From a bacterium (GTDB lineage Bacteria; Elusimicrobiota; Elusimicrobia; UBA1565; UBA9628), in the NCBI GenBank assembly GCA_021846045.1, contig JAJZCM010000001.1:54457-118456 (forward strand): a stretch of DNA of 64,000 nucleotides, read 5' to 3'. Below the pieces are notes generated by a model. That model saw only the letters and a list, made by a program, of their open reading frames with translations, was not told the DNA's origin and did no database searches. Below are positions 1 to 8,842 of the stretch, one piece after another. Both the position numbers and the translations under genes were made by a program. The first letter of the stretch is position 1; each line of letters opens with the position of its first letter.

Positions 1-205
1 ATTTGAAGACCGGGGGAGCCGCGGGTTCAAATGGGGTTAAATCCGCCGCAACCGGTTACAAAAAAAATGGAAGTTCCATGCCGCAGTTAAAAAAAATAAA
101 TCCCATCGCGCAGCCGGTTCCGGGGCAAAATGGAACTCTCCTTCAGTCTTTCCGCGGTCCGACAGTTTTTCAAGGAACTCAGGACAAGCAGCCGCCGCCC
201 AATCC

Positions 206-1579
206 CTAATTTTTTAGGAGATGTAGGAGACCTTCTCCGGTTTTTCGGATATCCCCCGCTCCGAGAGTCAAGACGACATCGCCGCTTTTAAGCGATTTGG
301 ACAGCTCTTGAGCGCCGGGATAGGGGGCGCAATGAACGCCGTTTCTTGCCACCGAATCAAGAATCAGGCGAGAACTGACCCCCGGGATGGGCTTTTCACC
401 GGCGGGATAGATATCAGTGATGAAAACTTGGTCAGCATTCTTAAAGGCTGGGCCGAATTCTCCAGCCAAAAGTTTTGTTCGCGAGTAGCGGTGCGGCTGG
501 AAGACGACGATGACGCGCTTGGCTTTCCAAAGATTTGAGACCGCCGCGAGGGTCGCTTTGATTTCGGTCGGATGATGTCCGTAGTCATCAACGAACTCAA
601 CTCCCCGGGCGCGTCCGATTGTGTCCAGGCGGCGCCCAACACCCTTAAATTCCGAAAGCCCCGCGGCCAAAAGTTTGAGATCAAAGCCGAGAAAGTGTCC
701 CGCCGCGAGAGCGGCGAGGCTGTTGAGGACATTGTGCTTTCCAGGAACTGAGAGATGAATTTGGATCATCTTTTTCCCTTTAAAGACAGCGTCGAAGTTG
801 GAACCGTCCTTGGCCAGATGAATATTGTTGGCTGTCCATTCGCTTGATTTCCCAAACCCGTAAGTGATGACCGGCTTTGAAAGCGAGTTGGATATTTCTT
901 TAAGCAATGGGTTGTCCGCGCAGAGAATGGCCGCGCCGTAAAAGGGAAGGCGACTGAGGTGCTCGATAAAAGAAGCCTTGAGGGCTTCCATTGTTTTGTG
1001 AAAGTCGAGATGATCGTTGTCGATATTAGTGACAATCGCGACCAAGGGGGAGAGGCGGACAAAGGAACCGTCGGATTCATCCGCCTCGGCGACGAGATAA
1101 TCGCTGGCGCCAAGGCGCGCGCCGGCATGGATGTTTTTAAGCCGTCCGCCAATAATCATGGTGGGATTAGCCTTGGCCGCGCTCAAAGCCATCGCCGTCA
1201 TCGAGGTCGTGGTCGTTTTTCCATGCGAGCCCGCGATGGTGATCGTTTTTTTCATGCGCCCGATTTCGGAAAGCATCTCCGCTCTCGAAATGATGGGGAT
1301 GCGCTTTTTTTCGGCTTCTAAAACCTCGGGGTTTCGGGGAGACACCGCCGAGCTAATGACAACGACTTGCGCGCCCGCGATATGAGAGGATTTGTGGCCG
1401 TAAAAGATTTTCGCGCTAAGGCTTTTGAGCCTGCGGGTGGTTTCGCTCTCTTTTATATCCGAGCCGGAAATCTGGTAACCGAGATTTAAAAGCACTTCGG
1501 CGATGCCGCTCATTCCGACGCCGCCGATGCCGACGAAATGGATGCGCTTAACGAATGCGCTCATGAAGTCCGTGGTCAT
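206..1579 (-). CDS. murC: UDP-N-acetylmuramate--L-alanine ligase
   Basis: Mur-ligase motifs are present: HFVGIGGVGMSGIAEVL near the N-terminus and GSHGKTTTTSM (P-loop). I placed the start at the internal Met (MTTDFMSAF...), which gives a TAATG stop/start overlap with the upstream TPR gene. The longest ORF runs to 1624. Confidence 0.9.
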   Translation of the reverse strand: MTTDFMSAFVKRIHFVGIGGVGMSGIAEVLLNLGYQISGSDIKESETTRRLKSLSAKIFYGHKSSHIAGAQVVVISSAVSPRNPEVLEAEKKRIPIISRAEMLSEIGRMKKTITIAGSHGKTTTTSMTAMALSAAKANPTMIIGGRLKNIHAGARLGASDYLVAEADESDGSFVRLSPLVAIVTNIDNDHLDFHKTMEALKASFIEHLSRLPFYGAAILCADNPLLKEISNSLSKPVITYGFGKSSEWTANNIHLAKDGSNFDAVFKGKKMIQIHLSVPGKHNVLNSLAALAAGHFLGFDLKLLAAGLSEFKGVGRRLDTIGRARGVEFVDDYGHHPTEIKATLAAVSNLWKAKRVIVVFQPHRYSRTKLLAGEFGPAFKNADQVFITDIYPAGEKPIPGVSSRLILDSVARNGVHCAPYPGAQELSKSLKSGDVVLTLGAGDIRKTGEGLLHLLKN

Positions 1580-3336
1580 TAGGGGCGTCCTTTGCGGGGC
1601 TGAACGGTCGGTTTTAAAAGCCACTTGAGCCCTTCTTTCGCCGTTTCGTTTTGGGGGTCGAGGGCAAGAGCTCTCTTAAGATATTTGACGGCGTCTTTTT
1701 CATTGCCCATGATGATGGAGGCAACCGCGCGCCCCAGCCAAGCGACATCATTGGCGGGGTCAAGGCGGCAGGCTCGTTCAAAGTCGTCTAAGGCTTCGGG
1801 CCCTTTGCCCAAGGTTGCGTATCCTAGCCCTTCCTCGGTCCACCAATCGGTTTGATCGGGATGGTGAACGGTTTGTCCGGGCCGCGGCAAAATTTCGGAA
1901 ACCAAATCCATCCACCCTGTTCCCATGATCCAAAGCCCTAGGTCGTTGCCGACTGCGTGCGGCTGATAAGAAACGTTGAGCGGATTGTTTGTGGGCCGCG
2001 GGCCGCCGGTTGAGACGTGCTCCAGGTTTTTATAAGTCAAGTTCATCCCGAATCGCACGTTGGAATTGGGAGGCGCTTTATTGAGCGTCTGCCTTAAATT
2101 TTGAATGATTTGGGCGATTTCGGCTTTTCTTTCTTGGGCGGAGCCTGCATGGATGGGGTATTCACGCTGAACGGCTTGGGGGGAGGCTTGCGCGTTTCCC
2201 AATTTTTTCTCCAATTCCCGCTTAAGAGACGATTGGCTTTCATTATCGGCCAGTTTGAGTTTGGGCTTGGGCATGAAGACTACTTCGACTTGTAAAATCG
2301 CGCCTTGATTAAGCGGAATGCGATTAAGATTCTTTTTAAAGACGTTCAAGGGGTCGTTGGAGGGAGTTTTCGGCTGAGGTTTGGCCGTCGGACCGTGGTT
2401 TTTCGCCGGCTTTGCCGGTTTTTGTTTTTTTTGCGGGCTGTTTTTTGATTTTCCGCCCGAATAAGAAAGCGAAAGCCGCAGTCCTGGGCCGCCTTCTTTC
2501 GGCGTGAGGTCAAAAGCTTGAGCCATGACTAAACGCGCGTCTTTATATTTGTTTTCAAGCAGATACAGGTGCGAGAGCAAAAGGCGGGCGACGGAATCCC
2601 TTTCTTTTAAATCCACGGCATGGCTGAAATCATCCATGGCCTTGTTGTAGTGATGGTCTCGCACGGCCATCGACCCCATCTCCAGAAGCGCATCCTCGTA
2701 ATCGGGAAAAAGTTCAAGGGCGGCGGCGAATTCATCGGTGGCTTCCGTGTAGCGCCCGAGCCGGCGATACAGCATTCCCAATTGATAGTGGTAAAGGGGA
2801 TATTTGGGGTCAAGGCTCACCGCGTCCCGGAGGTGTTCCAGCGCATCCTGAATTTTTCCGAGAGTTTCCTCGACAGAACCCAGGTTCATCTGGATATCGG
2901 GCCTAGAGGGGTTGAGTTTAGCCGCGGTCTTAAATTCTTGGTAGGCGCCTTGGTTGTTGCCTTCCCAGGCCAATGAGATTCCAATCAACATATAGACCTG
3001 GGCGCTTTTGGGATCCAACTCAAGGCTTTTTTGGTATTCTTCAAGCGATTTTTGAACTTGACCAAGCCAATAGTAGGCGACTCCCAGCATCATGTGGGCC
3101 TTGGGGTCCTGCGGGTTATTCGCGACCGCGCGGCCGAATTCTTCCGCCGCGATGTCATAATGCCCGCGCTGTAAATATTCAGATCCCACATATTCGTTGC
3201 GGCCCGCTTGAGACGCCATGATCTGGTCCCAAATAGTGTCTGAACCGGCTTGACTCGCGCTGATATCGGCTTTGGCCGCGAGGGGGAACAGAAAGCCAAG
3301 GATGAGCGCCAAGGATAAAATGCGCGGAATAATTTT
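1579..3336 (-). CDS. secreted TPR-repeat protein (signal peptide KKIIPRILSLALILGFLFPLAAKA, then multiple TPR units)
   Basis: There is a long run of TPR-like 34-aa units (AHMMLGVAYYWLGQ, AQVYMLIGISLAWEG, YHYQLGMLYRRLGRY...). It lies in the same frame as the upstream rdgB with no stop codon between them, and no canonical start codon is visible at the signal peptide. Start unresolved. Confidence 0.55.
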   Translation of the reverse strand, partial: KIIPRILSLALILGFLFPLAAKADISASQAGSDTIWDQIMASQAGRNEYVGSEYLQRGHYDIAAEEFGRAVANNPQDPKAHMMLGVAYYWLGQVQKSLEEYQKSLELDPKSAQVYMLIGISLAWEGNNQGAYQEFKTAAKLNPSRPDIQMNLGSVEETLGKIQDALEHLRDAVSLDPKYPLYHYQLGMLYRRLGRYTEATDEFAAALELFPDYEDALLEMGSMAVRDHHYNKAMDDFSHAVDLKERDSVARLLLSHLYLLENKYKDARLVMAQAFDLTPKEGGPGLRLSLSYSGGKSKNSPQKKQKPAKPAKNHGPTAKPQPKTPSNDPLNVFKKNLNRIPLNQGAILQVEVVFMPKPKLKLADNESQSSLKRELEKKLGNAQASPQAVQREYPIHAGSAQERKAEIAQIIQNLRQTLNKAPPNSNVRFGMNLTYKNLEHVSTGGPRPTNNPLNVSYQPHAVGNDLGLWIMGTGWMDLVSEILPRPGQTVHHPDQTDWWTEEGLGYATLGKGPEALDDFERACRLDPANDVAWLGRAVASIIMGNEKDAVKYLKRALALDPQNETAKEGLKWLLKPTVQPRKGRP

Positions 3337-3894
3337 TTTGAGAGCGAGAGACCGGTGACTGATGGAATTTTTTTCTTCCGGCTTCATTTCCGCGAAGGTT
3401 TTTTTGAGAGAAGGAACAAAGAAAACGGGATCATATCCAAATCCCTGATTTCCCTTGGGCGCATCCGTAATGAAGCCCTCGATTCGGCCCTCGACCATCT
3501 CGATTTCGCCTTCAGGGCTTGAAAGGGCCATGACGGTGCGAAAGACGGCTTGCCGCTTTTCTGCGGGCGTTTGTGAAAGATTGTGGAGAAGTTTTTTGAT
3601 GTTGTCTTGAAAAGAAGAGCGGTCTCTAGCGTAGCGAGCGGACAAAACCCCGGGAGCCCCTTGAAGGGCTTCAACCTCAAGGCCGGTATCATCGGCCAAG
3701 GCCCAAAGCTTCGTTTGCAAGGCCGCTTCCCGCGCTTTTTTTGCCGCATTGCCCTCAATTGTCGGCTGATCTTCGACAGTCTCGGGGAGAAACGGGAAAT
3801 CCTTGAGAGAGAGAACTGAAAGTTCAGGCCCTAGCATTTCTGAAATTTCCCTTTCTTTATGCCGGTTTGTCGTTGCCAGTAAAATTCGCTTCAT
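3328..3894 (-). CDS. rdgB: dITP/XTP pyrophosphatase (RdgB/Ham1 family)
   Basis: N-terminus MKRILLATTNRHKEREI, with FGYDPVFF and a SHRSLAL C-terminus typical of the Ham1/RdgB family. The ORF continues in frame into the TPR protein. The 3' boundary is assigned by homology length (~190 aa). Confidence 0.8.
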
Positions 3895-3934
3895 CGTGTT
3901 TGATAAGGCGTCGAGAAATTGTAACATTTCTAAG

Positions 3935-4219
3935 ATGAAAAGGGGATTGGCGCTCTTGTTGATTTTGGGTTTTTTTGGATGCGCGGAATTGGGTTTTAAA
4001 GCGCCCCTTCAAGATTCCGCTCTCAGGGGCTCGATTATGTCCGCCTTGAGACGGCAAAAAGGCCTCGACCTATCCCATGTTGATGTGGATGTCGACGCGG
4101 GCTCTGTCGTCATCAGCGGAATGGTGGATTCCGTCCAGCAGGAAAAGCTGCTTGAGGACGTCGTCTACCATGTTCGCGGAGTTAAGGAGCCGGCGTTCAA
4201 CCTTGCCGTCAAAGAATAG
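3935..4219 (+). CDS. small lipoprotein with BON-like (OsmY-type) C-terminal domain
   Basis: MKRGLALLLILGFFGC is a lipobox-type signal. The C-terminal VDVDVDAGSVVISGMVDSVQQEKLLEDVVYHVRGVKE resembles a BON domain. An RBS-less internal ATG of the 3803 ORF was chosen. Confidence 0.5.
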   Translation: MKRGLALLLILGFFGCAELGFKAPLQDSALRGSIMSALRRQKGLDLSHVDVDVDAGSVVISGMVDSVQQEKLLEDVVYHVRGVKEPAFNLAVKE

Positions 4220-5174
4220 CTTAAAAAATATCCTTGCTTGGTATCTTCGCCACCGCAGGCCAATGCCGTGGCGGAAACATCCTTCTCCCTATCGAACCTG
4301 GGTTTCCGAAATCATGCTTCAGCAAACGACAGTGGCGTTTGTTATTCCATATTTTGAGCGCTTTATGAAAAAATTTCCCGACATCCGAGCCTTGGCGAGC
4401 GCGAAAGAAGAAGAGGTTTTAGCTTTGTGGGCGGGCCTGGGCTATTACTTACGCGCCAAAAACCTGCTTTTAACCGCGAAAAAAATAGTCGCCGAACATG
4501 GAGGGGCGTTTCCGGATGATTTTGACTCCGTCATTTCCTTGCCCGGGATTGGACGCTATACGGCGGGAGCGATTCTCTCAATCGCGTTTCAAAAGCCCTA
4601 TCCGGTTTTAGATGGAAACGTATCCCGAGTCTTTTCCCGCCTAACGGCTCAAAACAAAACTCAAGGGCGCCTATGGGAGATGGCTGAGAAATTCTTGGAT
4701 CGCGAGAGCCCCGGGGATTGGAATCAGGCCTTGATGGAATTGGGAGCGACGATATGCGCGCCTGAAAATCCTCATTGCGGGAGATGTCCGGCCGCTTTTT
4801 CGTGCAAGGCTTTCAAGGCAAAAACCCAGAATCTTTTTCCCGCGCCCAAGATTAAAAAACCATTCGTGAAATTAAACTGGAACTTTTTGTGGATTGAAAA
4901 AGGAGAAAAGGCTCTTCTGTGGAAGCGAGGCGAATCGGAAAAGCTTTTAAAAAATCATTGGGGGCTTCCGGAAGTCGGGCAAATTAACGCCGAAGTTGGC
5001 GCGCTGCTTAAATCCGGAATGCACACAATTACCCATCACCAGATTCGAGTTCGGGTTTACCAAGGGAGTTTAAACGAAAAAAATCCAGCGCCGGCAAAAT
5101 GGGCGCCGAAGCGGGACTTGTCTCGGTTTTTAGTTTCTTCCCTTTGGAAAAAGTGCTTGCCGGAGGGGAATTAA
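4170..5174 (+). CDS. mutY: A/G-specific adenine DNA glycosylase
   Basis: WYLRHRRPMPWR..PYRTWVSEIMLQQTTVAFVIPYFERF is the canonical MutY N-terminal region. The HhH-GPD segment LPGIGRYTAGAILSIAF and the 4Fe-4S cysteine cluster C..C..C are present. The start overlaps the BON gene; an alternative start is at 4263. Confidence 0.85.
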   Translation: MFAELRSRRSTLPSKNSLKNILAWYLRHRRPMPWRKHPSPYRTWVSEIMLQQTTVAFVIPYFERFMKKFPDIRALASAKEEEVLALWAGLGYYLRAKNLLLTAKKIVAEHGGAFPDDFDSVISLPGIGRYTAGAILSIAFQKPYPVLDGNVSRVFSRLTAQNKTQGRLWEMAEKFLDRESPGDWNQALMELGATICAPENPHCGRCPAAFSCKAFKAKTQNLFPAPKIKKPFVKLNWNFLWIEKGEKALLWKRGESEKLLKNHWGLPEVGQINAEVGALLKSGMHTITHHQIRVRVYQGSLNEKNPAPAKWAPKRDLSRFLVSSLWKKCLPEGN

Positions 5175-7075
5175 CTCGTTTTCAAAAACAAGGCGGCTAG
5201 CGGCGGAAGGGTTAAGTTGATTGAGTAGGGCTGGTTGTGAAACGCGATATTTTCCGCCCAGACGCCGCCCAAGTTTCCCATTCCGCTTCCGCCGTATTCG
5301 ACGGAGTCGCTGTTTAAAATTTCTTTCCAGTATCCCTCTTGCGGGGCGCCGACGCGGTAATTAATCCTTGGGACCGGAGTCAGGTTTAAAACGACAATGA
5401 TTGTCTCGCCATCTTTTGATTTTCTTTTCCAGCTTAAAACGCCAGCGTTGGAATCGGCGCAATCGATCCATTCAAAACCTTCCGGAGAACAATCGTTTTG
5501 ATGGAGCGCGGGCTCTTCCCTGTAGATTTTATTGAGCATCTCAACCCAGAGTCTGATGCCCTCATGCTCTTTGTATTGAAGCAAGTGCCAGTCGAGGCTG
5601 TGGTCGTGAGTCCATTCGTTCCATTGCGCGATTTCCGCGCCCATAAATAGAAGTTTTTTTCCGGGTTGGGCGTAGAGGTCGGCGAAAAGAAGCCTTAAGT
5701 TGGCGAATTTTTGCCACAAATCTCCCGACATTTGGTTGATTAAAGAGCCTTTCCCATGGACGATTTCATCGTGCGACAAGGGCAAAACAAAGTTCTCGTG
5801 CCAGGCATAGAGCATACGGAAGGTGAGACTGTTGTGATGATATTTTCGGTGAATCGGGTCTTTTTGGAAGTAGCGGAGGCTGTCATGCATCCAGCCCATA
5901 TCCCATTTGTAGCCAAAACCCAGCCCTCCGCAGGAGGTGGGGCGGGAAACCATCGGCCAAGCGGTGGACTCCTCAGCGAACATTTGAATTCCCGGGTGAT
6001 CGAGATAGGCCGTTTCGTTGAGCGTCCTCAAAAAAGAAATAGCTTCGAGATTCTCGCAGCCGCCGTAGCGGTTGGGAATCCAGTCGCCGTTTTTTCGGGA
6101 ATAGTCAAGATACAGCATTGAGGCGACGGCGTCGACCCGAAGACCATCGGCATGATAGGTGTCCAGCCAAAACATCGCGCTCGACAAAAGAAAACTTCGA
6201 ACTTCGTGCCGGCTGTAATTAAAGACGTAGCTGCCCCAGTCGGGGTGAAACCCCTGCCTAGGGTCGGAATGCTCGTAGAGGTGCGTGCCGTCAAAAAGCC
6301 CGAGGCCGTGGCCGTCGGTGGCGAAATGGGAGGGGACCCAGTCCAAGATGACGCCGATTCCATGCTGGTGTAGAGAATCGATGAGAAACATGAAATCCTG
6401 CGGGGTTCCGTATCGGGAGGTGGGCGCGAAATAACCCAAGGTTTGATATCCCCAGGATCCGTAAAAAGGGTGTTCCATGACCGGTAAAATTTCGACATGG
6501 GTAAAATTCATCTTGCGCAAATATTCCGGCAAGATTTTCGCCATCTCGCGGTAGCTGAGAGACCTTTGGTTTTCTTCCGGCACTTTTCGCCAGGATCCCA
6601 AATGCAGTTCGTAAATCGCCTGTGGAGCCTCCAACGAATTTTTATGGGCGCGGGAATTAAGCCAATCCTGGTCGTTCCATTCATAGGACAAATCGCGGAC
6701 TATAGAGGCGGATTTGGGAGCGACTTCAAAATGAAAACCGAAAGGGTCCGCTTTCTCCGCTTCAAAATTTAAGTCCCTGGAAACGATTCGATATTTATAG
6801 GCGGAACCATCTTTTGCCTCTGCGACGAAGCCTTCCCAAATTCCTGAATTTCCGCGTGGAAATAAAGGGTGGCTCGCGCGCCGCCAGGAGTTGAAGTCTC
6901 CCATCACGTAAACCGCGCTCGCGTTCGGCGCCCAAACGGAAAAAAAGACTCCGTCTTTTTTATCGGAGGGGTGCGCGCCGAGTTTCTGGTAAATGCGGCG
7001 GTGCGTGCCCTCGTTAAAGAGATGCAGGTCCTCGGCGGTCAAGAGGCTGTTGAACAAACCCAAATTGCTGTGCAT
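5171..7075 (-). CDS. glgB: 1,4-alpha-glucan branching enzyme
   Basis: A 634-aa GH13 branching-enzyme pattern is visible, with the CBM48 region FSVWAPNASAVYVMGDFNSW and catalytic-region motifs GFRVDAV / HDE. Confidence 0.9.
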   Translation of the reverse strand: MHSNLGLFNSLLTAEDLHLFNEGTHRRIYQKLGAHPSDKKDGVFFSVWAPNASAVYVMGDFNSWRRASHPLFPRGNSGIWEGFVAEAKDGSAYKYRIVSRDLNFEAEKADPFGFHFEVAPKSASIVRDLSYEWNDQDWLNSRAHKNSLEAPQAIYELHLGSWRKVPEENQRSLSYREMAKILPEYLRKMNFTHVEILPVMEHPFYGSWGYQTLGYFAPTSRYGTPQDFMFLIDSLHQHGIGVILDWVPSHFATDGHGLGLFDGTHLYEHSDPRQGFHPDWGSYVFNYSRHEVRSFLLSSAMFWLDTYHADGLRVDAVASMLYLDYSRKNGDWIPNRYGGCENLEAISFLRTLNETAYLDHPGIQMFAEESTAWPMVSRPTSCGGLGFGYKWDMGWMHDSLRYFQKDPIHRKYHHNSLTFRMLYAWHENFVLPLSHDEIVHGKGSLINQMSGDLWQKFANLRLLFADLYAQPGKKLLFMGAEIAQWNEWTHDHSLDWHLLQYKEHEGIRLWVEMLNKIYREEPALHQNDCSPEGFEWIDCADSNAGVLSWKRKSKDGETIIVVLNLTPVPRINYRVGAPQEGYWKEILNSDSVEYGGSGMGNLGGVWAENIAFHNQPYSINLTLPPLAALFLKTS

Positions 7076-7251
7076 GATTTCTCCCTGCTCGTGAAAGTAA
7101 AACCCATTCGCCCTATTTTACATAATAGCCCCTTTCTTTATAATCTTAAGGTCGAGACAATGCCGATCTTATGAGCTATTGGAAGCGGCATAGTGTCATG
7201 TGTGATATTTCTAAATGAGCGCGATGCGTGATTAGGCCTGTGAGAAAAATC

Positions 7252-7343
7252 GTAACTACTCACGTCACCCCGACGAAAGTCGGGGTCCAGTTTCATGAAA
7301 CACCGGATTCCGGCTTTCGCCGGAATGACGAACCTGAGCGGTT
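7252..7343 (+). repeat. RPE/MITE-like double-hairpin dispersed repeat, copy 1
   Basis: Sequence GTAACTACTCACGTCACCCCGACGAAAGTCGGGGTCCAG...GGATTCCGGCTTTCGCCGGAATGACGAACCTGAGC. The same ~90-nt unit recurs at 31711, 39392, 45691, 45889, 54707 and 57294. Confidence 0.85.
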
Positions 7344-8842
7344 GATTTCCGATGAGAGGCCTGAACTGCATTTCTAAGCCGTGAGATTACCTCTGAGTTA
7401 ATATCTTCCAAATTCAGTTTCCAAGCCCAGTTTCCGGAGGTCGTTGCCGGAATGTTCATTCTCGCTTCCGATCCGAGGCTTAAAACGTCTTGCATCGGAA
7501 TAATGGCTGTGTTGGCCGGCGAATCCAAAAGGGCTTGGATGAGCTTCCAATGATTCTCAGGATCAGATTTTGAGCTATCGGCGTAGACAAGCGCCCGCTT
7601 GACTTCTTCTTGAGGGCCGTTTTGGAGCCAGCCGTTGAGCGTGTCGTTGTCATGCGTTCCGGTGTAGGCGACGGAGTTCGGCGCATAATTTTTAGGCAAA
7701 AATTTTTCTTCGCCGCCAAAGGAAAATTGAAGAATGTTCATGCCGGGAAGATGAAACTCATCTCGCAATCGGTAGACGTCGTCGCCGGCAACGCCTAGAT
7801 CTTCTGCGATGATTTGAAATTCCGGCATCTGGGGGAGAATCGAGGAAAAGAAATCCGATCCCGGACCCTGGACCCATTGGCCTTTGACGGCGGTTTTTTC
7901 TCCGGCCGGAATGCGCCAGTAGCGGCAAAAGCCGATAAAATGGTCCAGGCGCACAGCGCTAAAACGTTGAGCGGAAATTTTAAGGCGATTTTTCCACCAT
8001 TCATAGCCGGATTCTTTTAGGATATCCCAACGATAAAGGGGGTTTCCCCAGAGCTGCCCGGTTTTTGAAAAATAATCAGGGGGAACTCCGGAAACTGCGA
8101 TTGGAGAACCTTGTTTGTCCAAATCGAAAATATTTTGGTGCGCCCAGACGTCCACGCTGTCTTGGGAGACGAAGATTGGGATGTCTCCAATTAGAGATAT
8201 TCCTTTTTCCTCGCAGGCGCTTCTGAAGCGTTTCCACTGCCGATCGAAGAGAAACTGCTCGAATTGATAGTAAAACGAGGTTTCGCCTAAAAAATGAAGA
8301 AGGTCTCTTTCCCAAAAGCGGAAATTGCGGGCGCGAATTTGTTCCGGCCACTCGGCCCAGGGCTTTTGCTTAAAACGCTCTTTAAGCGAGGAAAACCATG
8401 CGTAATCGTTGATCCAGAAGGATTCCCGGTCCAAAAACGAGTGAAATTCAGCCCAGCTTCCGGGGGGATTTTCTTTTTGAAAACGGGAAGAAGCCAGTCG
8501 TAAAACCTTTTCTTTTTCCATCAATGCTTGAGCTGAGCTCAAGCCTCTGAATGCGGGAATTTCCGCGCGGTTCAGAAATCCTTCTTCCGCCGCCAGATCA
8601 AGATTGATAAAAGAAGGGTTTCCGGCAAAAGCGGAGACGCTGCTGTAGGGAGAATTTCCAGTGCCCGTGGGATTAATTGGGAGCATTTGCCAGTATTTTT
8701 GCCCGGTCTCGGATAAAAAATCGATGAAACGGCGCGCCGTGGGGCCCAAATCCCCAGTTCCGACTTCCCCGGGCAAAGAACTGATAGGGAACAATACCCC
8801 GCAGAAACGATTAGTAAACAGGCTCAAATTTTCTTTTCTCAT
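7265..8842 (-). CDS. malQ: 4-alpha-glucanotransferase (amylomaltase)
   Basis: GH77 motifs are present: LPINPTG..SPYSS, GDIPIFV and HDNDT. The last ~25 codons and the stop codon are supplied by the repeat element (…AQVRHSGESRNPVFHETGPRLSSG*). Start chosen at MRKENLSLF. Confidence 0.85.
   Translation of the reverse strand: MRKENLSLFTNRFCGVLFPISSLPGEVGTGDLGPTARRFIDFLSETGQKYWQMLPINPTGTGNSPYSSVSAFAGNPSFINLDLAAEEGFLNRAEIPAFRGLSSAQALMEKEKVLRLASSRFQKENPPGSWAEFHSFLDRESFWINDYAWFSSLKERFKQKPWAEWPEQIRARNFRFWERDLLHFLGETSFYYQFEQFLFDRQWKRFRSACEEKGISLIGDIPIFVSQDSVDVWAHQNIFDLDKQGSPIAVSGVPPDYFSKTGQLWGNPLYRWDILKESGYEWWKNRLKISAQRFSAVRLDHFIGFCRYWRIPAGEKTAVKGQWVQGPGSDFFSSILPQMPEFQIIAEDLGVAGDDVYRLRDEFHLPGMNILQFSFGGEEKFLPKNYAPNSVAYTGTHDNDTLNGWLQNGPQEEVKRALVYADSSKSDPENHWKLIQALLDSPANTAIIPMQDVLSLGSEARMNIPATTSGNWAWKLNLEDINSEVISRLRNAVQASHRKSTAQVRHSGESRNPVFHETGPRLSSG

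Noticed and set aside
20-45. GGGTTCAAATGG resembling a tRNA T-arm
   Set aside because: No matching acceptor stem, D-arm or anticodon arm can be built around it, so it is not a tRNA.
3-209. 68-aa plus-strand ORF at the window edge
   Set aside because: Low-complexity, proline-rich, with no motif. It lies downstream of murC in what is probably the 3' UTR or next-gene region, so it is likely spurious.
7138-7371. ORFs translated across repeat-element copies (7138..7371, 31359..31832, 31474..31797, 39354..39656)
   Set aside because: Their only conserved content is the element itself read in alternative frames. They are artefacts of the repeat.
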